DNA of 64,000 nucleotides, from assembly GCA_963822075.1 (NCBI GenBank), contig CAWGGP010000011.1, forward strand, positions 98,386 to 162,385. The letters run 5' to 3'. Within the stretch, counting starts at the first letter, position 1. Every line of letters starts with the position of its first letter. A model generated the notes under the pieces. The model ran no database searches, was not told where the DNA came from, and was given only the letters and a program-made list of their open reading frames with translations. This stretch comes from Candidatus Aminicenantes bacterium. Its GTDB lineage: Bacteria; Acidobacteriota; Aminicenantia; UBA2199. Shown in pieces: positions 54,639 to 63,747 of the stretch. The position numbers were made by a program, and so were the translations under genes.

Positions 54639-55274
54639 ATGGCAGGCAAGGAGAATAAAATGACAGTCATTGTCGCATCAACACCCACATCTAAAAAAAT
54701 CGCTGGCAACCAGGAGAGGCTGGAGGCTATCTTCCACACTGTGGACACAATTAAGTCAGATCTAAATAAATGTGGAATGCGCCTTCAGGTCTGCAGGGAA
54801 TTCATTGGCATCTCCCCTTTTACCAGCTCCGCTGGATCCTTTACCAGCACCTATGGGATCGCTGATGAACTGCTGCTGGATAACGCGGTGAAGGGAAAGC
54901 AGAGCCTGAAGGTTGCGGCAAATGAGTTTTTCAAGAAGGACAAGGCCATCTTGATCCATGACTTTATCAGCAAGGCCTGGGAAATGAACGAGATCAAGTC
55001 CATGGATGTGACTATACACCTGAGGGACCCACTGCAGAATGATTACTCGATCAACAGCATAATGGTGGTGCTGAAAAAAGTCGAATACAAGTTTTACTCG
55101 ACCCAGCGCGTGTTGAAGCGGAAGACCGATATGGGAAATTTCCAGCCCCTGCTGGAAGAGGTCAGCGACTTTTACGTGACATTTTTCCCCGATGCAAACT
55201 CGGTGCTATACCGAATCGAGGTGAACAAGAAAGAGCAGATCCGCGGTTATATCTTTCTGCTGAATCTAGTATGA
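54639..55274 (+). CDS. Hypothetical protein (211 aa, intact), no domain recognised
   Basis: Uninterrupted ORF in a low-GC context, with GGAG before the internal Met at 54660. I see no similarity to any family I know. Confidence 0.55.
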   Translation: MAGKENKMTVIVASTPTSKKIAGNQERLEAIFHTVDTIKSDLNKCGMRLQVCREFIGISPFTSSAGSFTSTYGIADELLLDNAVKGKQSLKVAANEFFKKDKAILIHDFISKAWEMNEIKSMDVTIHLRDPLQNDYSINSIMVVLKKVEYKFYSTQRVLKRKTDMGNFQPLLEEVSDFYVTFFPDANSVLYRIEVNKKEQIRGYIFLLNLV

Positions 55275-55376
55275 TCATGGAAGCCAGGGAGAAATCCCTG
55301 GTTTTCCTTTTTTCACTATCCCGATTGTCGGTTGTTTTTTTTAGTTTAGATACCAATAAACCGGAAAGTCAGCCAA

Positions 55377-55544
55377 TGGTCGTTGACAGCGATCAGGGAG
55401 AAGCTCATCAAGATAGGCGCAAAGATCGTCCGGCATGCAAAGTACGTGCGGTTCCAGTTGGCCGAAGTGGCGATTCCGCGGAGTCTGTTTGCGATGATCT
55501 TGGACAAGATCGCTCAATTGCGGCTGGCGCCTGAAACCGGCTAG
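55377..55544 (+). pseudogene. C-terminal fragment (55 aa) of a DDE transposase (IS1380/IS4-like)
   Basis: WSLTAIREKLIKIGAKIVRHAKYVRFQLAEVAIPRSLFAMILDKIAQLRLAPETG-stop. This is the conserved C-terminal tail of that transposase family (from memory). No upstream catalytic part is present. Confidence 0.7.
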
Positions 55545-55706
55545 GATGAATGATATGTGGGAAACAAGGGGGCTCAGCTTCTCATGGAGATGCCTGTCTT
55601 CAAGTCAAGAAAATGATGGGTTGCGAGATTGAAATGCCGGAATCGCAGTTCGTTGAGCCCCAAAAGATCGGTTCGGGACCAGTGTTCTTGAAAAAAATCA
55701 TACAAA

Positions 55707-56570
55707 ATGGGAGAATCCAATCAAAAGAGGAGGGAACAGATGGCTTTGATCGGGTCATATAGGAAATCTAGGATTAGACTGCTGCTCATTGTGGGCTGCT
55801 TGGCCGGCACATTGGCATCGCCCGTTCTCTGTGTAACCGAAGATGGCGTTTCATCCCCAGCGAAAGGATACTATCAGCCTCAGTCGGGGACATTCCGGTT
55901 CTTGGAATCCGAAGTCTCGGGGGATGATCCGTTCATGTTTATATGGGAGGTCGCCGATACTCCCGACTTGTATAAACCTTACCAGGGGACGGATGCCGTC
56001 TACAAAGACTTCGTTGCGTGGGTCCGCACGTACATTGAACCCGATCCTCAGGTCCTCTTAATCAAACAACGGGAATATCAGAAGGCAAAAGGAAAGTCTA
56101 CAAAAAAATATGACTTAGTCTTGAGCGGACAGCTGGGCCGTATTCGGCCGATGAATCGCCTGGAAGCCGTTCTCTTTCTGGTCCAGATTCATCGGTTCGG
56201 AAAACCCTATGAGGGAGAATTCTGCGCATTTGTGCTTCGTAAAAATGGTAGATTGCGGATCTATGGCTACGGAACTTCGAAACAGACGTTGCAGCCCGGT
56301 AAGATCCAAAAGATGCTTAAAGGCGACATCACAAATAAGTGGGAGTATTATGCGATGCTGCATAACCACCCATTCATTTTCTCGAAAACGGATCCATCAT
56401 ATGGAGAGCTCATTCCCAGTGGTGACGCGACTTATGGGGATATCCAATGTTATTTGGCCGACGCGGAAAACTTCGACTTGCAGCGGGCTTGGATCACGAA
56501 CGGGTTTCATAGCATCGAACTCATGGCTAAGGAATTTCCCCTCGGGGATATTCCTGATTCTATCCAATGA
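55707..56570 (+). CDS. Secreted hypothetical protein with a JAB/MPN-like (DUF4329-like) motif
   Basis: N-terminal hydrophobic signal (IRLLLIVGCLAGTLASPVLC). The C-terminal region reads EGEFCAFVL..LRIYGYG..YYAMLHNHPFIFSKTD..PSGDATYGD, which fits E...HxH-x4-SxxD and is reminiscent of JAMM metalloproteases. Confidence 0.5.
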   Translation: MGESNQKRREQMALIGSYRKSRIRLLLIVGCLAGTLASPVLCVTEDGVSSPAKGYYQPQSGTFRFLESEVSGDDPFMFIWEVADTPDLYKPYQGTDAVYKDFVAWVRTYIEPDPQVLLIKQREYQKAKGKSTKKYDLVLSGQLGRIRPMNRLEAVLFLVQIHRFGKPYEGEFCAFVLRKNGRLRIYGYGTSKQTLQPGKIQKMLKGDITNKWEYYAMLHNHPFIFSKTDPSYGELIPSGDATYGDIQCYLADAENFDLQRAWITNGFHSIELMAKEFPLGDIPDSIQ

Positions 56571-56743
56571 CAACGAGGCCGGAAGCCAATAAGGCGTATC
56601 TCCCAACTAAGATTGTCTCTCCTAAGCAAACCCATCTTTTTATCGTTTGAAATTAAATTAATTTGGTGTACATTAAAGAAGGACCTACGATTTACGCGAC
56701 GAGGAGTATCTCCAACTGAAAATCCTTACTAAGGTATCCCCTA

Positions 56744-56931
56744 TCTGATCCGCAGCTCCGTAGCTACGGTTTTGCTGAGGGAGGGAGTGCCCACTTCCAG
56801 TCGTGAGTAAAATCCTGGGGCATGCTTCAATCGAGATCACGGCCAGACATTACGCCCATGTCGTCGCAGACGACAAGAAAGAAGGCATCAAAATGCTGCC
56901 AAAAGGGTTCATAGAGAACGAAAATGAGTGA
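56744..56931 (+). pseudogene. Tyrosine recombinase (integrase) C-terminal remnant, frameshifted
   Basis: LIRSSVATVLLREGVP / PLPVVSKILGHASIEITARHYAHVVADDKKEG covers box II with the catalytic Tyr context. It is 74 nt from the 3' end of tRNA-Glu. The N-terminal ~300 aa are missing. Confidence 0.75.
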
Positions 56932-57004
56932 AAGTGCGGTGCAAAATCGGTGCAGGTCGGATGACTTCTGCAATGCAAAATAGCCCGAAACGCAGGTGGG
57001 AGAA

Positions 57005-57079
57005 TGGCAGGGCTACGGGGAGTCGAACCCCGGTTTAATGACTGAGAATCACTCGTCCTAACCACTAGACGATAGCCCC
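57005..57079 (-). tRNA. tRNA-Glu (anticodon CTC), with encoded CCA; integration target of the island
   Basis: Manual fold: acceptor GGGGCTA/TAGCCCT (G1-U72 wobble), D arm GTCT-AGTGGTTA-GGAC, anticodon arm AGTGA-TTCTCAG-TCATT, T arm CGGGG-TTCGACT-CCCCG, then G-CCA. Confidence 0.8.
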
Positions 57080-57135
57080 ATTCGGGTTTTCAGCGGTCGC
57101 CCCAAAAGGAAGCAACCGCTTGCGCAAAAGAAAAA

Positions 57136-57209
57136 TGGCTGGGATGCAGGGACTCGAACCCCGATCATATGATCCAGAGTCATATGTCCTGCCATTGGAC
57201 GACATCCCA
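57136..57209 (-). tRNA. tRNA-Gln (anticodon CTG), with encoded CCA
   Basis: Manual fold: acceptor TGGGATG/CATCCCA, D arm GTCC-AATGGCA-GGAC, anticodon arm TATGA-CTCTGGA-TCATA, T arm CGGGG-TTCGAGT-CCCTG, then G-CCA. Confidence 0.88.
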
Positions 57210-57331
57210 ACGCAAGCGGAATTATACCCGACTTCAAATTCCATGTCAATCGTTTTTGGACAGCCGCGGGCAAAAAAAACGCGGGTTTCAGATCATTCCG
57301 GATGGGTCACCTTTTTCAGGCCGGACCGATT

Positions 57332-57847
57332 TTAACCATCTTTTTCGCGGGCGAAGCGTTCGAGCCTTTCGAGGTTTTGCTCCACGCTCCAGGGAGAATC
57401 CCGGGTCAGGGTGATTTTTTCGGGCATTCCCGCCACCACCCCCAACGCGCCGCCGATCAGGCCCGCCATGAGCGCTGGCGACATGGACGTATTGCCATGA
57501 ATGCGCCCTTCGGTATCGCAGATCATCGTCGCCGCGAACCCAAGGCCAAAGCCAATGACCAGGCCCTTCAGAAACTTCGCCTTCTTGAAAACCTTCACAC
57601 CGGTCGCCTGCCGGAGTTCGATGCTCACGCCCTGTGCGGCAACAGCGTCATAGACCAGCAGGACGTCTTCCTTGACGGCCAGCAACTCGCCCATGACCTT
57701 GCCGCCATCGACCAGGGTCACCACCACCATCGATCCCCGCCGCTCCCTGGCCGGCAGCGGCGGGCTCGCGGCGGCGCCGGCCAGCACGAAGATCAATATA
57801 GTCATGATAAATTTATGCGGTGATGGAATATTCATTTTCGCCTCCAT
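57332..57847 (-). CDS. Hypothetical secreted/membrane protein with a glycine-zipper segment
   Basis: Signal-like N-terminus (FIMTILIFVLAGAAA) and a Gly-rich hydrophobic stretch (GLVIGFGLGFAA..LMAGLIGGALGVVAG). Confidence 0.5.
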   Translation of the reverse strand: MEAKMNIPSPHKFIMTILIFVLAGAAASPPLPARERRGSMVVVTLVDGGKVMGELLAVKEDVLLVYDAVAAQGVSIELRQATGVKVFKKAKFLKGLVIGFGLGFAATMICDTEGRIHGNTSMSPALMAGLIGGALGVVAGMPEKITLTRDSPWSVEQNLERLERFAREKDG

Positions 57848-57984
57848 TTGCTTGAACAGCGGGATGCGGAATAAGTGTTACCTTGGGAAAAGAATCATGA
57901 TGAGGAAGTCCCATTCATGGCAACGGTGGATGCGGCTTGTTGGGATCAGAGATCTTGCCTGCTGGCGATACGCCGGCGCCCCGT

Positions 57985-58674
57985 TTAGGATGTCTTGGAA
58001 CCGTTGGAGCCGTAATACTTGCGGATGAATTTTTCCTGGACGGCGAAGGACCAGTGCACGTCGCGCAGGAAAAGCGCCGCCGACTGGGCGTCGCCGGCGG
58101 CCAGGAAATCGACGATCTCCTGGTGCTCGCCGATGGACGCCTGCTCCCACTCCTTGATCCATTGCCGCTTCTGGGGAAAATCGTAGAGGCGCTTCTTCAG
58201 GTTGCCGACGATGCGCTCCAGGTTCTTGTTGCCGCACAGCTCGATGAAGCACTCGTGGAAGAGCAGGTTCTTCTGGTAGAACAGGTCGAACTCCTCGGCG
58301 TCGATGGCCTTCTGCATCTGGCGGTTCAGCAGGTCCATTTTCTTGATCCCCGGCGCTCCCAGGCGCGGGAACGCCTGCTGCAGGGCGGCGCTCTCCAGGG
58401 CGCCGATCACCTGGTAGAATTCCCGGATCTCCTCGAGCGGCAGCGCGTTGACGAATATGCCCCGCCGCGGGCTGATGGTGACGAAGCCCTCCATCTCGAG
58501 CTGGATCAGGGCGTCGCGCAAGGGGGTCTTGCTGATGCCCAGCTTCCTGGCGGTGGCCTCCATGTTGATCACCGCGCCCGGCTGCAGCCGGTGCCGCTGG
58601 AACTGCTGGCGCAGGTAGTCGTACACCTGCTCCTTCAGCGATTTCAGGTTGAGGGTCCCCTTGGCGTTTTTCAT
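57985..58674 (-). CDS. GntR-family transcriptional regulator with an FCD (FadR-type) ligand domain
   Basis: wHTH LKEQVYDYLRQQFQRHRLQPGAVINMEATARKLGISKTPLRDALIQLEMEGFVTISPRRGIFV with a helical C-terminal domain. It is divergent from the GRE operon. Confidence 0.85.
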   Translation of the reverse strand: MKNAKGTLNLKSLKEQVYDYLRQQFQRHRLQPGAVINMEATARKLGISKTPLRDALIQLEMEGFVTISPRRGIFVNALPLEEIREFYQVIGALESAALQQAFPRLGAPGIKKMDLLNRQMQKAIDAEEFDLFYQKNLLFHECFIELCGNKNLERIVGNLKKRLYDFPQKRQWIKEWEQASIGEHQEIVDFLAAGDAQSAALFLRDVHWSFAVQEKFIRKYYGSNGSKTS

Positions 58675-58825
58675 GGCGGAAGTATAGCGCAAGCCGAATA
58701 ATTTTGACAAGTCAGGAAAATAGAAAGTAGAGAGTCAGCGTCAGTGGCGCACGGCGCTCTCGCCGTCAAAGGGGCGCAGCCTGAAGCACTTCCATCCCGC
58801 CCTTCCTGAAGATTCTTCTTTCCTA

Positions 58826-58857
58826 TTGACAAGCGGTCATATTAACTGATATATCAG
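58826..58857 (+). promoter_or_regulatory. Promoter with overlapping palindromic operator for the GRE operon
   Basis: TTGACA (58826-58831), 18-nt spacer, TATATC (58850-58855). The perfect 12-bp palindrome CTGATATATCAG (58846-58857) overlaps the -10 and is followed by a repeated ATATCAG. Confidence 0.45.
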
Positions 58858-58868
58858 ATATCAGTAAA

Positions 58869-59784
58869 ATGGAGAAGCAGGGGCTCATTTTCGACATCAA
58901 GAAATTCGCCGTTCACGACGGCCCCGGCATCCGCAGCACCGTTTTTTTCAAGGGCTGCCCGCTGAACTGCCTGTGGTGCCATAACCCCGAGGGGATCTCC
59001 CCTGCCCGCGAGGTCATGGTTTTTTCAAGCCGCTGCCTGGGCGGCTGCCGCGACTGCCTCGCCGCCTGCCCGCGCGGCGCCATCGCCAAGGGCAAGCGCG
59101 GCATCGTCGTGGACCGCGACCGCTGCGACGGCTGCGGCGCTTGCGCCGACGAGCTGCCCCGCCGAAGCGCTGCAGATCGCCGGTCGCCGGGTCAGCGCCG
59201 CCGAGGTCATGGCCGAGCTGGCCAAGGACGAGCCGTTCTACCGCGATTCCCAGGGCGGCGTCACCTTCTCCGGGGGCGAACCGCTGCAACAGCCCGATTT
59301 TTTGCTTGAGCTCCTGCACAGCTGCCGCGCCCATGGATTCCACACCACGGTCGACACCTCCGGGCAGGCTCCCTTCGCCGCCTTCGAGCGCATCCTGCCG
59401 CTGACCGACCTTTTTCTCTTCGACCTGAAGATCGTGGACGACGGGGCGCACCGGCGCCTGACCGGCGTGTCCAACCGCCTGCTGCTGGACAACCTGCGCG
59501 AGCTGTCGCGCTCGGGCTGTTCGCTGGCCATCCGCGTCCCCCTGGTGCCCGGCTGCAACGACGCGGTCCCCGACCTGGAGCAAATGGCCGATTTCTGCGC
59601 CGCGCTGCCCGCATCCCACCCGGTGCACCTTCTCCCCTACCATCGCGGCTACCGCGGCAAAGCCAAGCGCCTGGGGCTGGCCGAGCGCCTGCCCGCGACC
59701 GAGCCGCCCGCGCCCGAAGCGCGGCGCCGGGCCGTGGATATTTTTTCCCGGCGCGACCTGACCGTCACCATCGGAGGCTGACAT
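58869..59784 (+). CDS. Glycyl-radical enzyme activating protein (radical SAM with an extra 2x[4Fe-4S] ferredoxin insert), with one frameshift (~59150)
   Basis: FAVHDGPGIRSTVFFKGCPLNCLWCHNPE (CX3CX2C). Ferredoxin motifs CLGGCRDCLAACP and CDGCGACADE(C)P. After the shift, GGVTFSGGEPL..LFDLK..VPLVPGCND. Confidence 0.85.
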
Positions 59785-62150
59785 GACCGAAAGAATACGC
59801 CGACTGCGCGCCCGCTCGCTGCGGGCCGTCCCCAGGCTCTCCAGCGAGCGCGGCCGCCTGCTGACCCGCTATTACCGGAGCGGCGCCGCCGACGGCCTCG
59901 CCGTCCCCCGCCAGCGCGCCGGCGCCTTCGCCTACCTGCTCGCCCGCAAGAAGGTCGCCATCTTCCCCGACGAGCTGATCGTCGGCGAGCGGGGGCCGGC
60001 GGCGAAAGCCACCCCCTCCTACCCCGAGATCACCTGCCATTCGCTGCGCGACCTGGATATCCTGGACAAGCGTCAGAAGACCAGCTTTCGCGTCAGCGCC
60101 TCGACGCGCCGCGATTTCGCCGCCACGATCATCCCCTACTGGAAGGGCAAGACCATGCGCGAGCGGGTGTTCGCCCACATGGCGCCCGAATGGCTGGCGG
60201 CGTACCGGGCGGGGGTGTTCACCGAATTCATGGAGCAGCGCGCGCCCGGCCACACCGTGTGCGGCGATAAAATATACGCCAAGGGGCTCCTGGACCTGGT
60301 GGAGGAGATCCACGCCAGCCTGGAAGCGCTGGACGATTTCCAGGACCCGCAGGCGCTGGCCAAGCGGGAAGAACTGCTGGCCATGGAGACGGTCGCCGGC
60401 GCCATGATCGACTTCGCCGGGCGCTATGCCGCCGCAGCGCGGCGGCTGGCCGCGAAAGAAAAGAACGCCGCCCGCAGAGCGTGAGCTGCGGCGCATCGCC
60501 CGGGTCTGCGAGCGGGTGCCGGCGCGGGCGCCGCGCGATTTCCAGGAAGCCCTGCAGCACTACTGGTTCATCCACCTGGGGGTGATCAGCGAAGCCAACC
60601 CCTGGGACGCCTTCAACCCCGGGCGGCTCGACCAGCACCTGCTCCCCTTCTACCGCCGCGGCCTCGCGGACGGCAGCCTGACCCGGGAAAAAGCCCGCGA
60701 GCTGCTGCAGGCCTTCTGGGTGAAGTTCAACAACCATCCGTCGCCGCCCAAGGTGGGCGTCACCGCCGAGGAGAGCGGCACCTACACCGATTTCGCCCTG
60801 ATCAATACGGGCGGGGTGGACCCCGACGGCGAGGACGGCGTCAACGAGGTCTCCTTCCTCATCCTGGAAGTGATCGAGGAGATGCGCCTGCTGCAGCCCA
60901 GTTCCATGGTCCAGGTCAGCCGCAAGAACCCCGACGCCTTCCTGCACCGGGCGCTGGAGATCGTGCGCACCGGCTTCGGCCAGCCCTCGCTGTTCAATTC
61001 CGAGGCGCTGGTCGGCGAGATGCTGCGCCAGGGCAAATCGCTGGCCGACGCCCGCCGCGGCGGCGCCTCGGGATGCGTGGAGACCGGGGCCTTCGGCCAT
61101 GAATGCTATATCCTGACCGGCTATTTCAACCTGGTCAAGGTGCTGGAGATCACGCTGAACGACGGCCGCGACCCGCTGAGCGGCGAGCGGATCGGCCTGC
61201 AGACGGGCGACCCGAAGACGTTCGCCGGCTTCCCCGCCCTGCTCGACGCATTCGAAAAGCAGCTGCGCTACTTCATCGACGTCAAGGTGCGCGGCAGCAA
61301 CGTCATCGACCGCCTCTACGCCCAGTACCTGCCCGTCCCCTTCCTCTCGCTGATCATCGACGACTGCATCGCCAGGGGGCGCGACTACCACGACGGGGGC
61401 GCCCGCTACAACACCTCCTACATCCAGGGCGTGGGCCTGGGCACGATCAGCGACGCCTTAAGCGCCCTGCGCCATCACGTCTACGCCGCCGGGGACCTGC
61501 CCATGGAACGGCTGCTCCAGGCGTTGGCGGGCGATTTCCGCGGCGACGAGAAGCTGCGCCTGCTCCTGCAGAACAAGACGCCGCGCTACGGCAACGACGA
61601 CGAGGCGGCGGACGACCTGGCGCGCGCCGTCTTCGAGATGTATTTCCGCAACGTGGACGGCCGGCCCAACATGCGCGGCGGGGATTACCGCATCAACCTG
61701 CTGCCCACCACCGTGCACATCTACTTCGGCAGGAAGACCGGCGCCACCCCGGACGGGCGCCGCGCCGGGGAGCCGCTTTCCGAGGGGATCTCGCCGGTCC
61801 AGGGCGCCGACCGCCAGGGGCCGACCGCGGTGCTCAAGTCGGCGTCGAAGATCGACCACCTGCGCACCGGCGGCACGCTGCTCAACCAGAAGTTCACCCC
61901 GGGCCTGCTCGCCGGCGCCGAGGGCATCGCCCGCCTCGGGCAGCTGGTGCGCACCTATTTCCGCCTGAACGGCCACCACGTGCAGTTCAACGTCGTGGAC
62001 GCCGCCACCCTGCGCGCCGCCCAGAAGCAGCCCGAAAAATACCGCGACCTGATCGTGCGGGTGGCGGGCTACAGCGACTATTTCGTGGACATCGGGCCGG
62101 ATCTGCAGGAAGAGATCATCAAGAGGACGGAGCACCAGGAGTTTGCATAG
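59783..62150 (+). CDS. PFL2-type glycyl radical enzyme (~789 aa; Cys/Glu thiyl loop as in dehydratase/lyase GREs), substrate unknown, with one frameshift (~60450-60475)
   Basis: Glycyl loop IVRVAGYSDYF, thiyl loop GASGCVETG, N-terminus ERGRLLTRYY..DELIVGERG..IIPYWKGKT, and LLPTTVHIYFGRKTGATPDGR. Confidence 0.9.
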
Positions 62151-62218
62151 TTGCTTGATCTGAAGTGACAAGTAACGAGTAAAGCGAATCGTCTATGGAC
62201 GTTTTCACAAACTCGATA

Positions 62219-62689
62219 TTATTTCATTTTTTTTAAACGCCTGGCTTCCTCATAATTTCCCAGACTTTCGCAAATTTGTGCCGCTTCCTCATAACGCCCT
62301 GCGCTTTCCAATCTGTTTAGATAAAAAAGTTCAATTTCACTTTTATAAACCTGATTCCAATTATGGATACTACCTTTATGAGATGTGCGACTATATCCAC
62401 TCAATACCATTTCGGAAAAGTTCTTCTCCCCTCTTAATTTTCTTATATCATTAACGACATTTATCAAGCTGACCTTGTCAAAACTACTAATCGATGTTTT
62501 GATGCCAAGTTCCCTTTCTATCGTCGGGTGATATTTCTCGGGAATATCAGAGCCATATTCAGCAAGAATTTCTCTGTTCTCTGGATATTTTAAAAGTTTA
62601 TCCAAAGTCAAATCCATTTCTTCCGTTATTCTTCTGCAAAACTCAATGTCATCTTTGTCTTTGTTTCTAATTTTTCCAAATATACTCAT
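62219..62689 (-). CDS. Hypothetical protein (156 aa) in a markedly AT-rich segment
   Basis: Intact ORF whose codon usage and GC content differ clearly from the neighbours. The C-terminus (RYEEAAQICESLGNYEEARRLKKMK) is helical and TPR-like. No family recognised. Confidence 0.5.
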   Translation of the reverse strand: MSIFGKIRNKDKDDIEFCRRITEEMDLTLDKLLKYPENREILAEYGSDIPEKYHPTIERELGIKTSISSFDKVSLINVVNDIRKLRGEKNFSEMVLSGYSRTSHKGSIHNWNQVYKSEIELFYLNRLESAGRYEEAAQICESLGNYEEARRLKKMK

Positions 62690-62834
62690 TAAGTTATTTT
62701 ATATTGAAATGTGAGATGTTGTCAAATGTTATATAGGAAGGGTTGTGTTCTTCATGTCGCAGGCAGCACTGTTTTCATGAAGTCGAATTCAGAAGCCAAG
62801 CTGAGTGAGTTGAGGATATGCGCTATTACTGCTG

Positions 62835-63614
62835 CTATCGAAGGCCCAGCGAATCGGGTTCTCTTTTTTGTGCGACCAGATGCAGGGTGACCGACCCGTT
62901 GGTCGATCCCCCATCGTTATCCTTGACCGCGAATTTGATCTCGATGGTTTCGCCCAGCTTCTCGACCGTTTTCTTTTCAATTTTCCAGGTCAGGAGCCCT
63001 GTCTTTGGATCAATGACGATGCCCTGCTCCAGGGGCGATAGCAGTTCGTAGGACAATACGTCACCGTCAGGATCGCTGGCAGACACGGAGTATGACAGCT
63101 CCCCGGGAACGGCAAAATCAGCAAGCGGTGATGATTTCAGCTGCGGCGGAGTGTTGCTCACGCGAACATTCTTGCTATGCAGCCAAGGCCCCTGATGCTC
63201 TTCGTTGATCGCCCGGACCTCGCAAGAAACCCACTGTTTTTTTTTGAAGCTGCCCCGCTTCAGCACCGGGCCGGTGAATTCATTCAGCGGTTGGTCGTTC
63301 ACGAACCAGCGGAACTCAAAGGCGGTCATCTTGGACGCCGGATCAAGGAGAACGGGCTCGGCGGTCAGGTCGTCGGCGGCGGTCAAGGGGGAAGGGGTCA
63401 GACGAACCTGGCTAAGGCGCAAGGAGTTTTCCACCGCGACCGGCTGGCCACTGGACGTGGCGATGACGCTTTTGGCCATTTGAACTTCCTGCGCGGCGGC
63501 CCTTGCAGCTTCTTCCGAGCTCGTGGGCCTATTGTCTTCACGGCCAGATGGTCCGCCGCAGCCGGCCGTTGCCAGCATCGCCAGCACGGATACGAAACAG
63601 AAAAGACGTCTCAT
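62835..63614 (-). CDS. Lipoprotein with a cadherin-like/'putative Ig' domain
   Basis: Lipobox LATAGC. The C-terminal segment SYSVSASDPDGDVLSYELLSPLEQGIVIDPKTGLLTWKI is typical of dystroglycan-type cadherin-like repeats. The start is taken at MRRLFCF. Confidence 0.6.
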   Translation of the reverse strand: MRRLFCFVSVLAMLATAGCGGPSGREDNRPTSSEEAARAAAQEVQMAKSVIATSSGQPVAVENSLRLSQVRLTPSPLTAADDLTAEPVLLDPASKMTAFEFRWFVNDQPLNEFTGPVLKRGSFKKKQWVSCEVRAINEEHQGPWLHSKNVRVSNTPPQLKSSPLADFAVPGELSYSVSASDPDGDVLSYELLSPLEQGIVIDPKTGLLTWKIEKKTVEKLGETIEIKFAVKDNDGGSTNGSVTLHLVAQKREPDSLGLR

Positions 63615-63747
63615 CCCGACCTCCGGTTTTCTCGATAACGTTATATTGTAGCCGTTAAAACTTTTTTTTTCAACTGCGGCAGGCGACCGAAAGGGCCGGA
63701 AAGGCCGCAGGCGACCCTTCCGGCACGGAGTCATTAATAGGTACCGC

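Larger units (their letters stand above)
52227..57051. mobile_element. Decayed integrative island (phage/satellite-like) inserted at the 3' half of tRNA-Glu
   Basis: A perfect 44-bp direct repeat (52227-52270 = 57008-57051), an integrase remnant beside the intact tRNA, phage-type recombination genes, an IS fragment, and visibly lower GC than the flanks. Confidence 0.75.
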
